This document shows, in pieces, positions 25,383-37,971 of a stretch of 64,000 nucleotides of DNA. The position numbers and the translations under genes were made by a program. The notes under the pieces are model-generated. The model searched no databases. It saw nothing but the letters and a program-made list of their open reading frames with translations, and was not told the DNA's origin. The stretch's first letter is position 1; the number at the start of each line of letters is the position of its first letter. Source of the DNA: Octopus sinensis (Eukaryota); NCBI RefSeq assembly GCF_006345805.1, contig NC_043009.1:35960001-36024000 (forward strand). Direction: 5' to 3'.

Positions 25383-26678
25383 GTGAGGTCGAGCTGTCGC
25401 CTCCAGCAGGGCGCGGCGAGTGGTTCAACCGTTGAACCATCAAATATAGAGTATACATGAATGGAGGAAGAAAGATGGAAATAGTAAACATGGAAGCTAT
25501 TGAAGAGGCATTGAAACAGACTGGAGAGGAAATTGTTTACCTGACAAGAGGAATGGAGTACGGAACTGTAACGGTGCAATATAGAAGCGAGAACGTTGCC
25601 AGGAATATAGCAGCCAAGGTGGTGAGGACGGAGAAAATATACTTGCTACCCTCGTATTTAAATAGAAGGACCACAAGAATTAGGGTGGAGGGAATACCTC
25701 CACACCTAGAGGGTGAATATATAACGGCTGCGGTGAATAAGGGAAACGAAGAAAAGGTGGACATCCTCCACGCCACTACGAAATACGAAGGCGTGAGAGG
25801 TGCTACCTTGGACATGAACATACAGACGGAGGCGGAAACAGTAGAAAGGCTGACGGATAGTATAAGAACAGGGAACATTATTATGAGAGTGTGGGTGGAG
25901 GGCAGGGCGCCCAGGTGCTATAAGTGTGGCCTGAGGGGTCACATAAGAGCCAACTGCCCTCCCCCACCAAAGGAAAAGGAAGTCGTTACGGAGCCCCAAA
26001 AGAAAGAAGACACTAAAGAAAAGGAGAACCTAACAGAAAGGGAAGCAATTGAAGAGGAGGAGATCCAGCAAGAGTGGGAAGAAGGGAAAAAAAAGAAAAA
26101 GAAAGAAAAAAGAAAACAGTAAGAAACCCCAACCCACCCCAACACCACCCACACCCTCTGAGTCCCATCCTTCCCCTGCAAACAGCGATTCCACCCACTC
26201 CCCGCCTACAAGAAAAACTAAAACAAGTGCAGACACACAGAACGAACAAAGTCCCAAGTCCTATTTTTTATGTGTTGTGAAGGAAAAGGACACCCAGAAC
26301 TCAAAAAGGCTGATACGGAAATGGTGCGAACATGAAGATGGTAGTTACGCGATTTTGGAAGATGAATATATGGACGTATTGGTGAGGATGTGCGAGGAAG
26401 AGGGTGTGAAATGGATGACAGTGCCAATGCAGGATGAATTGATATAGATGGCTGAAAGGAGAACGAACGGTGTGATAAGTAAGGAAGGAATTGTAATTGG
26501 AAATGGGTGATAAAGGACAGGTAAGTGATGCTGGCGGATGGGGCCGTTAGCATCGCTTTCATATTATCATTTTTTCATTTTATAATTCATTGCTCATAAT
26601 TTTAATTATAATGTTCTATGTCCCCAATGTTTTGTCATGTCCCCTCTTCGTTAGCCCCTTGTGGGTAATAAAGAAATA
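25383..26678 (+). mobile_element. ORF1-only non-autonomous non-LTR retroelement (L1/Tx1-related, HAL1-like), 1296 bp
   Basis: Perfect 16-bp TSD GTGTGTAATATTGCAG at 25367-25382 and 26679-26694; 74-nt GC-rich 5' UTR, ORF1, ~230-nt 3' UTR ending TTAGCCCCTTGTGGGTAATAAAGAAATA; no EN or RT. Confidence 0.85.
25457..26447 (+). CDS. Gag-like ORF1 protein with CCHC zinc knuckle (about 329 aa if one indel in the A-run near 26090 is corrected)
   Basis: ORF 25457-26122 (RRM-like N-half, RAPRCYKCGLRGHIRANC knuckle, acidic/basic tract) continues +1 into ORF 26049-26447 (Pro-rich linker plus C-terminal domain). Confidence 0.75.
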
Positions 26679-26989
26679 GTGTGTAATATTGCAGAACATG
26701 TCGAATGAAGCAAAGCGAATACGCAACACAGTTTCGATTCCTGCGAGTTGTCGTTTCCATTGTATCGATAAAGGTCTTCGCAAAATTTGGACGTACCTCT
26801 TCAACAGCACGAATATACCTCTGTTCTCCACAACAATCCAATGATAGCAACAGTGATACCACGTTAGTGAATAATAAAACTCAGTGAACAGGCTTCATTT
26901 AACGTTTTCACGACTAAGTTTTATTCCAAGACAGAAAAAAAAATTAGAAATAAATGCAAAATAGAATTATTTCCAATCAGCTATAGTAG

Positions 26990-27221
26990 AGGCGGTTAGC
27001 TGGCAGAATCATTAGCACGCCGGGTGAAATGCGTAGCCGTATTTCGTCTGCTTTTACGTTCTGGGTTCAAATTCCGCCGAGGTCGACTTTGCCATTCATC
27101 CTTTCGGGGTCGATAAATTAAGTACCAGTTACGCACTGGGGGCTATGCAATCGACTTAATCCGTTTGTCTGTCCTTGTTTGTCCTCTCTGTGTTTAGCCC
27201 TTTGTGGGTAGTAAAGAAATA
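26990..27221 (+). mobile_element. SINE family A carrying the LINE-type tail
   Basis: Full head and body, then CCGTTTGTCTGTCCTTGTTTGTCCTCTCTGTGTTTAGCCCTTTGTGGGTAGTAAAGAAATA. Confidence 0.9.
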
Positions 27222-27435
27222 TATATTAGAGACTTTCCATTTTCCTTCTCTGGAGGAGTAGCTTGCTCACTCACTTTCTCTACTCAGTGAATGTAGCTTC
27301 TCTAGTCCCTCTTTTGTACCTAGTGAGTGTATCTTCTGTGCTTCCTTTCTATATTCAGTGAATGCAACTTCTACAGAAACAGATACATTTGCGAAAAGTG
27401 ATTTTATGTAAAAGCAAGGTTTATAAAATAAAATA

Positions 27436-27860
27436 AATAATAATAATAATAATTGTGTACAGTGCTCAGGTGCACTACAACTCATCTAAAGTGTATATAT
27501 AATCAGGTGTAGTTTCGGCGGATTTCGGAAAGCATGGGGGCCTTAAAGGATGCAGTGTCATGGCAGTCAACAACTGACGCAGGCAGTTTATTCCATGCTT
27601 CAGCAACTCTGAGCGTGAAAAAATGTTTCCAAAAGTCATGGGAGCTGTGTTGTTTTCTGACTTTGTAGGCATGTCCACGTGTGTTAGACACATGGAGATC
27701 AAAAAGGTGTTCAGTGTTGTTGTTGGTGAGGGTGTTGATAACTTTGTGGGTGTTTACCAAGTCCGTCGCCAGATGCCGGAGCTTCAGTGAATCCATGCCC
27801 AGGGAAACAAGGCGCTCAGAATATGGTAGGTTATAAAACAAGTAGTGCGGATATACAGAA
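27436..27860 (-). mobile_element. CR1-clade LINE 3' end
   Basis: LPYSERLVSLGMDSLKLR...DL...K...TRGHAYKV...FFTLRVAEAWNKLPASVV...FK, short 3' UTR and (TTA)n tail. Confidence 0.85.
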
Positions 27861-29029
27861 CAACAGATTATAGGAAATTTCAGTGAATGTGATTCTAAAA
27901 GAATTAGAACTAAAGTATGGAGTGCTTTTGTTGTTTTGATTTGATTTTTTGCTTTGCTTTTCTGAAGACAAAAGCAAAACAGGCAGTTATATAATGTAGC
28001 ATTGCAGCTTATTTCTTGAAAGAAGAATATTACATTCTATGATATTGTTGATATTTCGACCGAAGTCAGTTTCATCAAACAAAGATTCAAGCCATGACTA
28101 TCCCAGTATTTTTTATTAGGAATTGTCTCCCGTTGACTAGATTATTTATTGTGTTGCCTTTTAAGCTGGCAGTTGGTATTAGTGTTGTGTCTGGCTACTA
28201 TTTCTATCAGATCGAGCAAGAGGCTATCCTCCATGTTTAAATTAATTCTGAACAGTACCTATCTCCCAATAATCAAGTTGTCTTTGATATTCAGAACTGA
28301 GGAATGTAAAGTAATTTCTTGAGACAAAAGCATTTAAAAATGCTGCTACTTCTGAGATGAGTGGTTCTGTTAATAAGATAACTGTTTTCCAGGCTATTAA
28401 CCTTTTCTCTAGAGATGGAAAAGAATTCATTATTTATATCTACACTAGGTTTGGGTCGAATTTCATTTCCATTATCTTTCGCTTAGCAACATAGATTCCA
28501 CATTTTGGCACGAAAACACAAACACTATATGTGTATATGTGTGCGTGCGCACGTGTTTGTGTGCGAGTATGTGACTCTGATTATGTGCATGTGCAAAAGC
28601 GTGTGTGTAAAACCGCATTTCAAACACAGATACTACATATGTATATAAATAACAGCAGCAGTTAAAACTCATTTAATTGTCGTTACTCTGAATTTCACGT
28701 CACATTTTTCACACAACTAAAATTTATATTTACTGCCTTAAACAGGCGTTAAATATTTGATAAAAAAAGCGGGTCGTAAATTGTAAACAAGAAATATATA
28801 TACCTATTTTTATGCCACTGACTAAAATAAAGGGAGGGTGGGTAGGGCTGCACCAGCACTAGTCTGCTACTCATTTAAAGCTCAGGAGATAGAAACAACG
28901 TAAAATAAAGCACCTTGCTCAAAGATACAACGCGCCGCTCCATCCCATGAACGGTCTTATGATTGTAAGCTCAACTTCCTGATTTCTTGGCTATGCACTT
29001 CACAGATAGATATGTTACGTGTACGTATG

Positions 29030-29064
<35 letters not shown>

Positions 29065-29084
29065 TTATATATATATAGATATAT

Positions 29085-29267
29085 ACTGACTTCAAATTTC
29101 AGCAGCAATTTCTGGGAGGAAGTTTGTCGATTACATCTTATTTTATCGAGCCCTAAATACCAAATAACAAGATTGATCTCGACTGAATTTGAACTTAGAA
29201 TATAAAGACGAATGAACTACTGCTAAGCATTTTGTCCGGCGTGGTAACGATTCTACCAGATCGCCTT
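29085..29267 (-). mobile_element. Degenerate SINE A
   Basis: GAATTTGAACTTAGAA...AAGCATTTTGTCCGGCGTGGTAACGATTCTACCAGATCGCCTT. Confidence 0.75.
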
Positions 29268-29268
29268 T

Positions 29269-29309
<41 letters not shown>

Positions 29310-30503
29310 AATTCAGTTTCGTTGTAGCTATTTTCTAGGCAATATTTGTGTTCTCCTTTGTGTTACAAAGAAGTGTAGTATATGTGCTGCTGTTGTGAAG
29401 AACATACGTAAAACATAATGGAGTGAAATATAAAAAAAACGCCTCAACTGCTGTACAGTGACGAACAGTAAATAAAACTGTTGACATACCTTTCTACAAG
29501 AAGTTAATTCAATTGGAAAGAAAGCTTTCACGAGTAAACTCTGTTAATTGGAATCAAACAATTCTTCATCGTAGTATGATAACACGATATATATATATAT
29601 GTCCCTATTATGATATAAAGAATACTCTTACTCTTATGTTACTTCAGTTCTATTGTCCTACCAATTCCAAACTGGTCGATTTCCATGAAGTCATGCGAAG
29701 AATGGCCAAACCAGAAAGGTAATCTACGCTTTCGTCATTTCTCCCATTCTGAAATGTAAAGTATTCTATTTTCCTTTTCATTATTGAAAACTCCACTTCT
29801 AGTTATCGTCACGTCATGATATAAGCATTTTAGTTCAACTGCAGTGCTTCAGGAAACCTTTCAGTCTTGATATTATAGAAAAGAGTGTTCTATTCAAATC
29901 CACTAACAAAGAAGGTGATTTATAAAATAAGTTAGAGACTACTTAGGTTCTCAAACTTTCCATGAAGTGCACGATTGACTAGTAATGATTATTTCCAGGC
30001 TGTTATAATGCTATCTCCTTTTTTTCTTTTTAGCATTATCCGTTCCTTTTTGGAAGCGTTTAACTTCCGATACAATAAAAGCGGGATGTAAATAATTCCA
30101 TAATGACCAATGGTGTTGTGTGATGGATGTAAAAGGAAAATAGGGACCAATTGTTAAAATGTTGTAAAGTAATTGCAACATTGTATAATATAACACGTAA
30201 AGTCATGCGTGACAGGTGCTACAAGAAATATATAGCCCGGTCAAGTTAATAACTTTGAATTAGAACGAAAGTGTTGCGGAGTGTAGCCAAATGCTGTCAT
30301 GCGCTCAGCTACGTACAAAATAAACACACACACACACACACAAACACACAAAAATACACACACGCACACACAAATAGATATATATGTTTAAGCATATTAT
30401 ACATACATTAATACAATATGTATGCCATATGTATAGTTTATAATATATATATATATATATTATAAACAATATATATGTAATATGTATAATATATAATATA
30501 TAT

Positions 30504-30777
30504 GTGGCTCAGTGGTAAGAGCGTCGAGCTTACGCTCTAGATATTGTGTGTTCGATTCCCGTACCAGGCTGCGTGTTCTTGAGCAAGACACTTTATTTCA
30601 CGTTGCTTCAGTTCACTCAGCTGTAGAAATGAATTGCGACGCCACTGGTGCCAAGAGGGGAGGCTGGTATGCATGGGCGACTGCTGGTCTTCCATAAACA
30701 ACCTTGCTCGGACTTCCGTTTCGGAGAGTAACTTTGTAAGTGCAATCCCATGGTCATTCATGACCGAAGGGGGTCCC
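30504..30777 (+). mobile_element. tRNA-derived SINE, family C
   Basis: A-box GTGGCTCAGTGG, B-box GTTCGATTCC, CORE/Meta-like TTCTTGAGCAAGACACTTTA; its 3' half recurs inverted at 57189-57306. Confidence 0.8.
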
Positions 30778-30789
30778 GATGTATATATA

Positions 30790-30840
<51 letters not shown>

Positions 30841-31458
30841 CACATACATTTATTCACGTGTATTTTTATTTGTCTGCGCCTTTGTGCGTGTGTGTGTGTG
30901 AGTTTGTATGTCTGCGTGTATGTACGTTTGTGTGTGTGTGAGCATATACAAGTTTCATAGCGCAAAAACGATAAATTAAATTCAGAACATGTCTACATAT
31001 ATATTTTTTATTATTACAAATTGAATCAGGGACTGGGAATTTCATGTATGATACTTAACAGAGTTTGGTAAGTGGCCCGTATGAAATTCCCGGGATATGA
31101 ATTACTAGTAACTTCTGCCGATTGCAAGATATAAATATATACATTTATACATGTATATATATATATATATACATTTACATACATACACACATATATACAT
31201 ACATACATACATACATACATACATACATACATACATACATACATACATACATACAAACATCCTGCATATGCACTGACTTCAAATACTGCGCATAAGCACA
31301 AATGCATGCAAAAATATTTTACTCATGTTAATGAAATCCCAGTGAGTATCTAGGTTAGAAAGCGACTCTTGACAAGAAGCCTTCAAATAAAATTGAATAA
31401 CTTACATACATGCATACATACATAAACCAATATATATATATATACACACACACATACA

Positions 31459-31548
<90 letters not shown>

Positions 31549-31685
31549 TATATTAAATTAGAGATAAAACCACTATTAGGCAAATCAAACAATGAAAAAC
31601 ATAAGCCAATACATAAAATTAATTAATTTATATTATTTTAAATATATATCAAAAGTATTAAAAGTTTAATAAAAGATAATGAGTA

Positions 31686-31760
31686 AAACACTACGATCGT
31701 TTCATGGCTGTCCAATTCGTAATAATTCGAGTTATGGTTACAGTCAATCTTCAGGTAATT
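31686..31760 (-). ncRNA. Type-I hammerhead ribozyme with intact catalytic core, inside a probable PLE terminal-repeat remnant (31545-31795)
   Basis: Minus strand AATTAC-CTGAAGA-T-TGACTGT...ACAGCCA-T-GAAAC-GATC-GTA-GTGTTT; palindromic helix III ACGATCGT, GUA triplet, helix I weak. Confidence 0.65.
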
Positions 31761-31794
31761 GAAATATTTATCTTAGCGAGGTTTAACAATATAT

Positions 31795-32265
31795 TTCATT
31801 ATTCAGTTTATGTTAAAAGTTCTTGCCAATAGAGAAAGAACCGGTTTCTAACCTAGATCCAAGACTCCTTCATTGGAATTTCAACATCAACAATAGGCTA
31901 TTTTTGTTTGTTTGTTTGTGTATATATGTATCATATGTATAGGTGTAGATTTGTATATTTTATGTATGTATTCTCATGTGTATAGTTACATATCTAGACA
32001 TGCTCATATATATTTAAATGATAAACTTCTGGAAAGTTTTATAGATTTTTACAGTTCCAGTGATTGACTGAAACTGTAGTCTTCGAATTAGCTTTCTCCT
32101 TTCTGGTTTTGAGAAGCCTAATTTCTCAAGATTGGTTTTTCGGCAGTGTGTTACATATTCCAAAGCCCTAATAATTACAGGTATAAACTGGAACTCGTAA
32201 TCTGGATAGAGTAACTGCAGATTTCTCAATAGTTCAGCATAGACGTTCTTTTTCACTGATCTTCA
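31795..32265 (-). mobile_element. R4/Dong-like (RLE) LINE 3' end with 3' UTR
   Basis: KKNVYAELLRNLQLLYPDYEFQFIPVIIRALEYV...LEKLGFSKPERRKLIRRLQ...GTVKI-KTF; homologous to 38760-39345. Confidence 0.75.
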
Positions 32266-32269
32266 ACTT

Positions 32270-32778
32270 TATGTATGTATGTATGTATGTATGTATGTAT
32301 GTATGTATGTATGTATGTATGTATGTGTGTGTGTATGTATGTATGTATGTATGTACATACGTATGTATGTATGTATGTATGTATGTATGTATGTATTATG
32401 TATGTATGTATGTACGTATAGGTTTTGGGTGAATTTTAATTGTAGTAGACCGAGTGACCGCATGAAGGTTTACTCTCATTGGTTGGTTGGTTGGTTGTTT
32501 GGTTGGTTGGTTGGTTGGTTGGTTGGTTGGTGGTTGGCTGGTTGGTTGGCTGGTTGGTTGGTTGGCTGGTTGGTTGGTTGGCTGGTTGGTTGGTTGGTTG
32601 GTTGGTTGGTTGGTTGGTTGGTTGGTTGATTAGTTGGTTGGTTGGTTGGTTGGTTGGTTGGTTGGTTGGTTGGTTGGCTGGTTGGTTGGTTGGTTGGTTG
32701 GTTGATTGGCTGGTTGGTTGGTTGGTTGGTTGGTTGGTTGGTTGGTTGGTTGGTTGGTTGGTTGGTTGGTTTTTTGGT

Positions 32779-32809
<31 letters not shown>

Positions 32810-32850
32810 TTGGTCGGTCGGTCAATCGGTCGGTGGGTTGGTCAGTTGCT
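32270..32850. repeat. (TATG)n and ~370 bp (GGTT)n/(GGCT)n tracts
   Basis: Directly visible. Confidence 0.95.
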
Positions 32851-33511
32851 TAGATGGATGACTGCTTGTTTTCCGATATTATTCCCTTCTCATGACAACC
32901 AATCAATTAACATCACTTGTGTAAACTTAGCTTTGCATCAACATTTCAATTACATTTTTGTCTTTGTGAAACGTAAATATAATTTATCGCCTCCATCCTT
33001 AATATGATATTAGATTTAAAAAATTGGTAGCATTGAAGTAAATAGAATTAAATTCATTCATTTATACGGTTTATATGATTAAATCGATAAACTATAGACG
33101 TGATATCCTTGATAGATTAGTCAATAAATATAATATAATTATGTCTTGCATCTATCATTGCGTTTCGAGTGTTCACTGGGGAAGTCATCAACTTTGTAAC
33201 GTTACGACGGAATAGGCAATCTTACGCTGTTTAAGGCAGAGTCCAATTAATGTTAATTGCTATCCTGAACAGAAGTAAGAGACATGGCTGTCAGGAACCT
33301 GATATGAGGAAACCAGACAGTTTAAATGTAATTATTTTTTTATGATTTCCTTCCCCAAATATTTGCAAATAATTGATCAGCTTTCTTGATTTGTAGTTAT
33401 TTCGTCATCAACGGACATATGAAGTGATGCGGGTGAAGTTTGAACTCAGAACCACATTAGAACGCAGCTAAATGCTGAATCACACTTTGTCCGGCACGAT
33501 AATAACGTCTT

Positions 33512-33937
33512 TCAAATTTTGGCGCAAGGCCAACAATATGAATCGATGAAAAGCAAATTCGACCTCGGCGAAATTTGACTTCAAAACGTAAAGGAGGGCG
33601 AAATGCAGCAAAGTATTTCGGACAAAATGTAACAAGGTATTTTTCTAACGATTCTGCCTGCTTGCCGTTTAACAATAATAAAAATCGTTTCTACTAAAAG
33701 CACAAGACCTGAAATTTTGGAGTAGGATACTAGTCGATTACATCGATTCCCAGTTTTTCGCTGATACTGAATTTAACGATTCCCGGAGTACTCAAATGCT
33801 ACTTAGTATATCGACCGCAAAAAGATGAAAAGCAACGTAGACCAGGGCGGAATCTAAACTCGGGATGTAAGGACGGTTGAAACGTCGCTACGGTATTTTT
33901 CCAGCGTGCTAACGGTTCAACAGCTCGCCGCCTCGAA
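33512..33937 (-). mobile_element. Two degenerate SINE A copies followed by (AAT)n
   Basis: 33512-33670 and 33685-33937 carry the SINE A body and head motifs. Confidence 0.75.
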
Positions 33938-33941
33938 TAAT

Positions 33942-33993
<52 letters not shown>

Positions 33994-34323
33994 GTTTGAT
34001 AAAGGATTGACGTAACTCTTCACAATTGTAAACAGTCAAGACGAAGAGCGCGATTCGATTGTAAGATATTTTATTAGTTGAACAATATTTCAACAGTGCG
34101 TCTGTTTTTGTCAAGTTCAAAATAAGAAGTGATAGAAATTCAAAATTACAGAAATTTAAACGTAAAGTATGAACGAGAGCAACCAGCGTCCACACGTTGA
34201 TGGAATGACATCATCAGTTTTTAAGTTACAATTTTATAACAGGCGAAAAGAAAAAGACAGGAAAAAGACAGAAAAAAGAAGACGACAGAATAAAAGGAAA
34301 GAAAAAGAGAGAAAGAATAATAT

Positions 34324-35035
34324 TCAATCAGACAGCTTTGTACAAGTTTGATGATATTTTCCAGTCATCTTATTCATTCCTCCAGGGCGTGATGTTGATA
34401 ACTCGCAAACATATTTCTCCTCATACATTCTGAGAAGTGAAAGCGAAGTAGATTCAGAATATTTTCTGAGAATATGCACATTCAAGTCTTCTTCAAAATT
34501 GCAGCCACTTGAAACGAAATGTTCAGCAAGTTCTGTCGAACTACTGTTATTGTGCCTGACATCGAATCTGTACCCATTAAACCTTTTGTTTAATTGTTCT
34601 GTTGTGCAGCCAACATAAATTAAGTTGTGTTTCGTGCATTCTGTAGCGTACACCAAATGGGAATCTTTACATGTTCCACCTTCTGTATAAATCATAATAT
34701 TTCTGTTATGATTTCTAATGGAATACACTTCACACATGTTGCACAATGAACAGGGCTTACCTCTCTTGTGGCTCTTCTTTAAGATGCAGCGTGTGGATAC
34801 TCCAATGTTCGTTTTCTTGGAGTCAGATATAGAGGTCAATAATTCTCTTATATTCTTATTCCGTCTAAAGGCGGCTGAGGAAATATCTGTTTGAAGCGAG
34901 GATATTTTTTCTCTACATGCTGGTAACTTTCATGCAACACTTTCGAAATGCCAGCGAAATGTCGGTGCCAATTAATCACTAAAGATATTCTGTCATCTAT
35001 TGTATTGCTTAAAATTATGTTCTCTTCTTCTCTGT
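34324..35035 (-). pseudogene. Penelope-like (Neptune-type) linker plus GIY-YIG endonuclease
   Basis: DRISLVINWH...PRFKQIFPQPP, then CSLC...GGTCKDSHLVYATECTKHNLIYVGCTTEQLNKRFNG...ELAEHF...YEEKYVCELSTSRPGGMN. Confidence 0.85.
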
Positions 35036-35910
35036 CAAACCTTGCAGGGTATTGCTCATGAAGCAATTTCTCTCTCCATTTGTTCTTTAGCATGTTTTGT
35101 AGTTCTGTTTTCACGTTGTTGCTTGTTTCTTTGACCATTTCTGTTATGTTGTCAACTAAGGTCAGTATATCAGTGTATTTTTTTCCGTACTGTACTTTGT
35201 TGTCTCCTTTTGAATGTAGAAAATCGTTTTCTTTTTCTCGTCTTGCTTTATTACATGTAGTAGTCTTCCACTTTTTGTTTCTAAGTATTTTTCTAGTCCA
35301 ACTGTTGTTATTTCATAGTAGTTTTCTATCTGCATTAGGTCACAGCCTCTTTTTGAGTGGGGTAAATATATTCCGTCTGCGTCTGCTTAGGAGTGGTAAC
35401 TTCGGTATGCTGTTAATAGTTTCCTGACACTTGTGCCTAGGTTCCTCAATTCACTGATCTTCCTGTTTATAATGTTGAAACTGTAATTTATTATTGGTAT
35501 GACTAGTGTGTTTATCCCTATTATCTAAATTTTAGCTTTGGGTTTAGTGTTTAATATTACTCTAACCCTTCTGTAATATTCACTCCTAATTTTCTTTTTT
35601 ATTTCTGCGTTGTATTTTAGCTGTTTTTTCTATTAGATATTTGTTTACACGATTGTGGTCTAATTCTCTGATTTCTGTGTCTTTGTCGAGTGCAATGTTT
35701 TCAGGGCTTATAAATTTGCCACTCCTCGGTGTCACTTTGGCATATTTGTCCAGTCCCATGCTCATCCGGACGTCTTTGCTGAAACTATGGACAATTTTTA
35801 GATGGTTTCTCTGCTTCGTGGTATTTTTAGTGAAAATTCTAAAGTCATCCACACGGGAGATGGTTTATTGTTTGTCCATATCATCTATAACCCATGATGA
35901 TTTCATTTAA
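35036..35910 (-). pseudogene. R4/Dong-like LINE reverse transcriptase C-half, disrupted
   Basis: MDDFRIFTKN...VHSFSKDVRMSMGLDKYAK; IPIINYSFNII...VRKLLT...IYLP-S-RGCDLMQIE; KWREKLLHEQY (the KxLHGQY motif). Confidence 0.8.
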
Positions 35911-35992
35911 CAAGCTTGTTAATGGGGGCAGAGAAAAGCAGAAAAGCAGGGGTGACAGCGAATTTACCTGGAAGATCCCACTTCTTATGGGC

Positions 35993-36039
<47 letters not shown>

Positions 36040-36964
36040 TCTTCGTAACACAGTGTAGGAAAAAATACACCGGGGTCTTTAGTTATCTGTCAAGTCACAA
36101 CAAGGGCCTCAGACAGATAATACTTCCCTTAACATGTGCTCTGTGTCTTTTTACAAGACATCAGTCTTGCATTTTACCTTAAACCTTGTAACAAGCCCCA
36201 CATTCCCGTGTAGTGGGTGGGTGGGGGACCTTGGTACTAAATAATAGTTTATGTAACTTTTCAGTAATAATCCATCATTATGAGGTTCTATATATTCGAG
36301 CGTAATCTCCTCCACCAATACACAGTCAACATGTCAATATATCATATTATTTGCCCTATGTACTACGACACCAGACTGCTGCCAGGCATGCAGCACACCA
36401 GCTGTGCTGGTCTTGCTGCTTTATTTTTTATGTTAAATATTAGAGATAGCTTCCACATATCCAGTATCAGGAGAAGGACACTAAATAACGTTATCAATAA
36501 TAATTATAATTACCATCATTATATAAACAAAGGGTAAACACTAAACAACACAATTTAAGAACGTTCTCGAGTTTCAAAAATCAAAATAAAATTGGGTGAT
36601 GTTAAAAGGAAACGAAATACAAAATATATAAAAACATAATATCTCTCATATCAGCACATTATTGGATTTTTTTGTACTCTTTTTTTTTACTTACTTAATA
36701 TGTTGGTAACATTAACTACTAAAAGATAATTGATTCTAGATAGACAATATGATCGCTGTACAGAAAACAAGAGATATGAATGATTTATATTTCATGCTAA
36801 CTAAATCTTTAAAAAAATGCTACCATCACCAAAACTACCGCCGTGAGCACTACCACCACCACATCTAAAAAATCATATTAACTGATAATAATCATTTTTA
36901 ATATACACACAATACCACCAACAACAACATAAACAACAATAATAATTATTTCCGTTATAAGTAC

Positions 36965-37086
36965 ACGACATGAAATTTCGTCGAGGATGGCTAGTCGATT
37001 ACATCGACCAGTGTGCCCAGCTGGTGTATATTTTATGAACACCGAAAGTATGAAAGGCAAAGTCGACTTCGGTGGAATTTGAACTC
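36965..37086 (-). mobile_element. SINE A fragment
   Basis: AAAGGCAAAGTCGACTTCGGTGGAATTTGAACTC. Confidence 0.75.
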
Positions 37087-37094
37087 CAACATTT

Positions 37095-37910
37095 AGTACC
37101 ATGTAGTGGCTCTCATGGCTTTTGATCTTAACTAATTAGAAATATTGTCATGTACATTGTTTTGTCTTGGTATAAAAGATGGGTTACAGCAAATATTCTG
37201 CTCAATACCACAGAGTTGCTTGTCTAACCCGTTGGCCTAACCCGTTGAGCATGTCTTTTAGAGGCTAACAATATGTGCATCTCTGGTGAGGTAGCATTAT
37301 AACCATGTATAGAGAGGAATTCTTTGAGTTTGAATAATTCACCTCTGGAGGTGTGGGTGTTTTGTTCATCATCCTTAATACAAGCAATATTCAGGGACCT
37401 TTGAGCAGGAAGGGCTCCTCGACCTGAAGAAAATGACGGCAGTCAATCTGAATTGACGTGAGTCGGAAAAGAAAAAGAACAAAATAATATGACCACTTGT
37501 TTATCGGGAAATTTGTAAGTATGATTTTTTTAAATAGTTACACCAAATGTTCATCATTTTGAGCCACTCACCCAATAGGTATTTCTGCCAAATGTGGCGA
37601 AAATACCTTCAGCCATTTTCCAGTTATTTTTGCAATCACACAAAGATAAGTAATTACATTACCCTGTTTTCGCTTACACTCACAGGGTAATAATAGCCCT
37701 GATGCAGTACGAGGCAGTGGCTACCATGGCTTATCTTAACTGATTGGAAGTGTTATCATGTACGTATTTTATCTTGGCATAAAAGATGGGCTACAGCAAA
37801 TATTCAGCTCAATATCACAGATTTGCTTGTCGGTTGATTGACTTTTACCAGCTGAGCATGTTCTTTAGTGGCTGATGATATATGTATCTCTGATCACGAG
37901 CAGAAGGTAA
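37095..37910. repeat. Two diverged copies of an unclassified interspersed repeat (37095-37430 and 37670-37910)
   Basis: Shared ATAAAAGATGGG(T/C)TACAGCAAATATTC(T/A)GCTCAATA(C/T)CACAGA(G/T)TTGCTTGTC. Confidence 0.7.
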
Positions 37911-37971
37911 AAAAGTGCATTGAGATGTTAGCTGAGTATGAGGCTTCAAAATAACAGAAAAGTGGTATGAA

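Noticed and set aside
26695-26845. AG acceptor at the TSD end followed by a 48-codon ORF (MSNEAKRIRN...)
   Set aside because: No recognisable homology and no good donor site; insufficient for an exon call.
32480-32850. (GGTT)n as a telomere-like or G-quadruplex element
   Set aside because: Not the TTAGGG repeat; best treated as an ordinary tetranucleotide microsatellite.
34190-34225. CTGATGA downstream of the Neptune-type endonuclease (minus strand)
   Set aside because: GAAA is absent and helix II cannot be formed.
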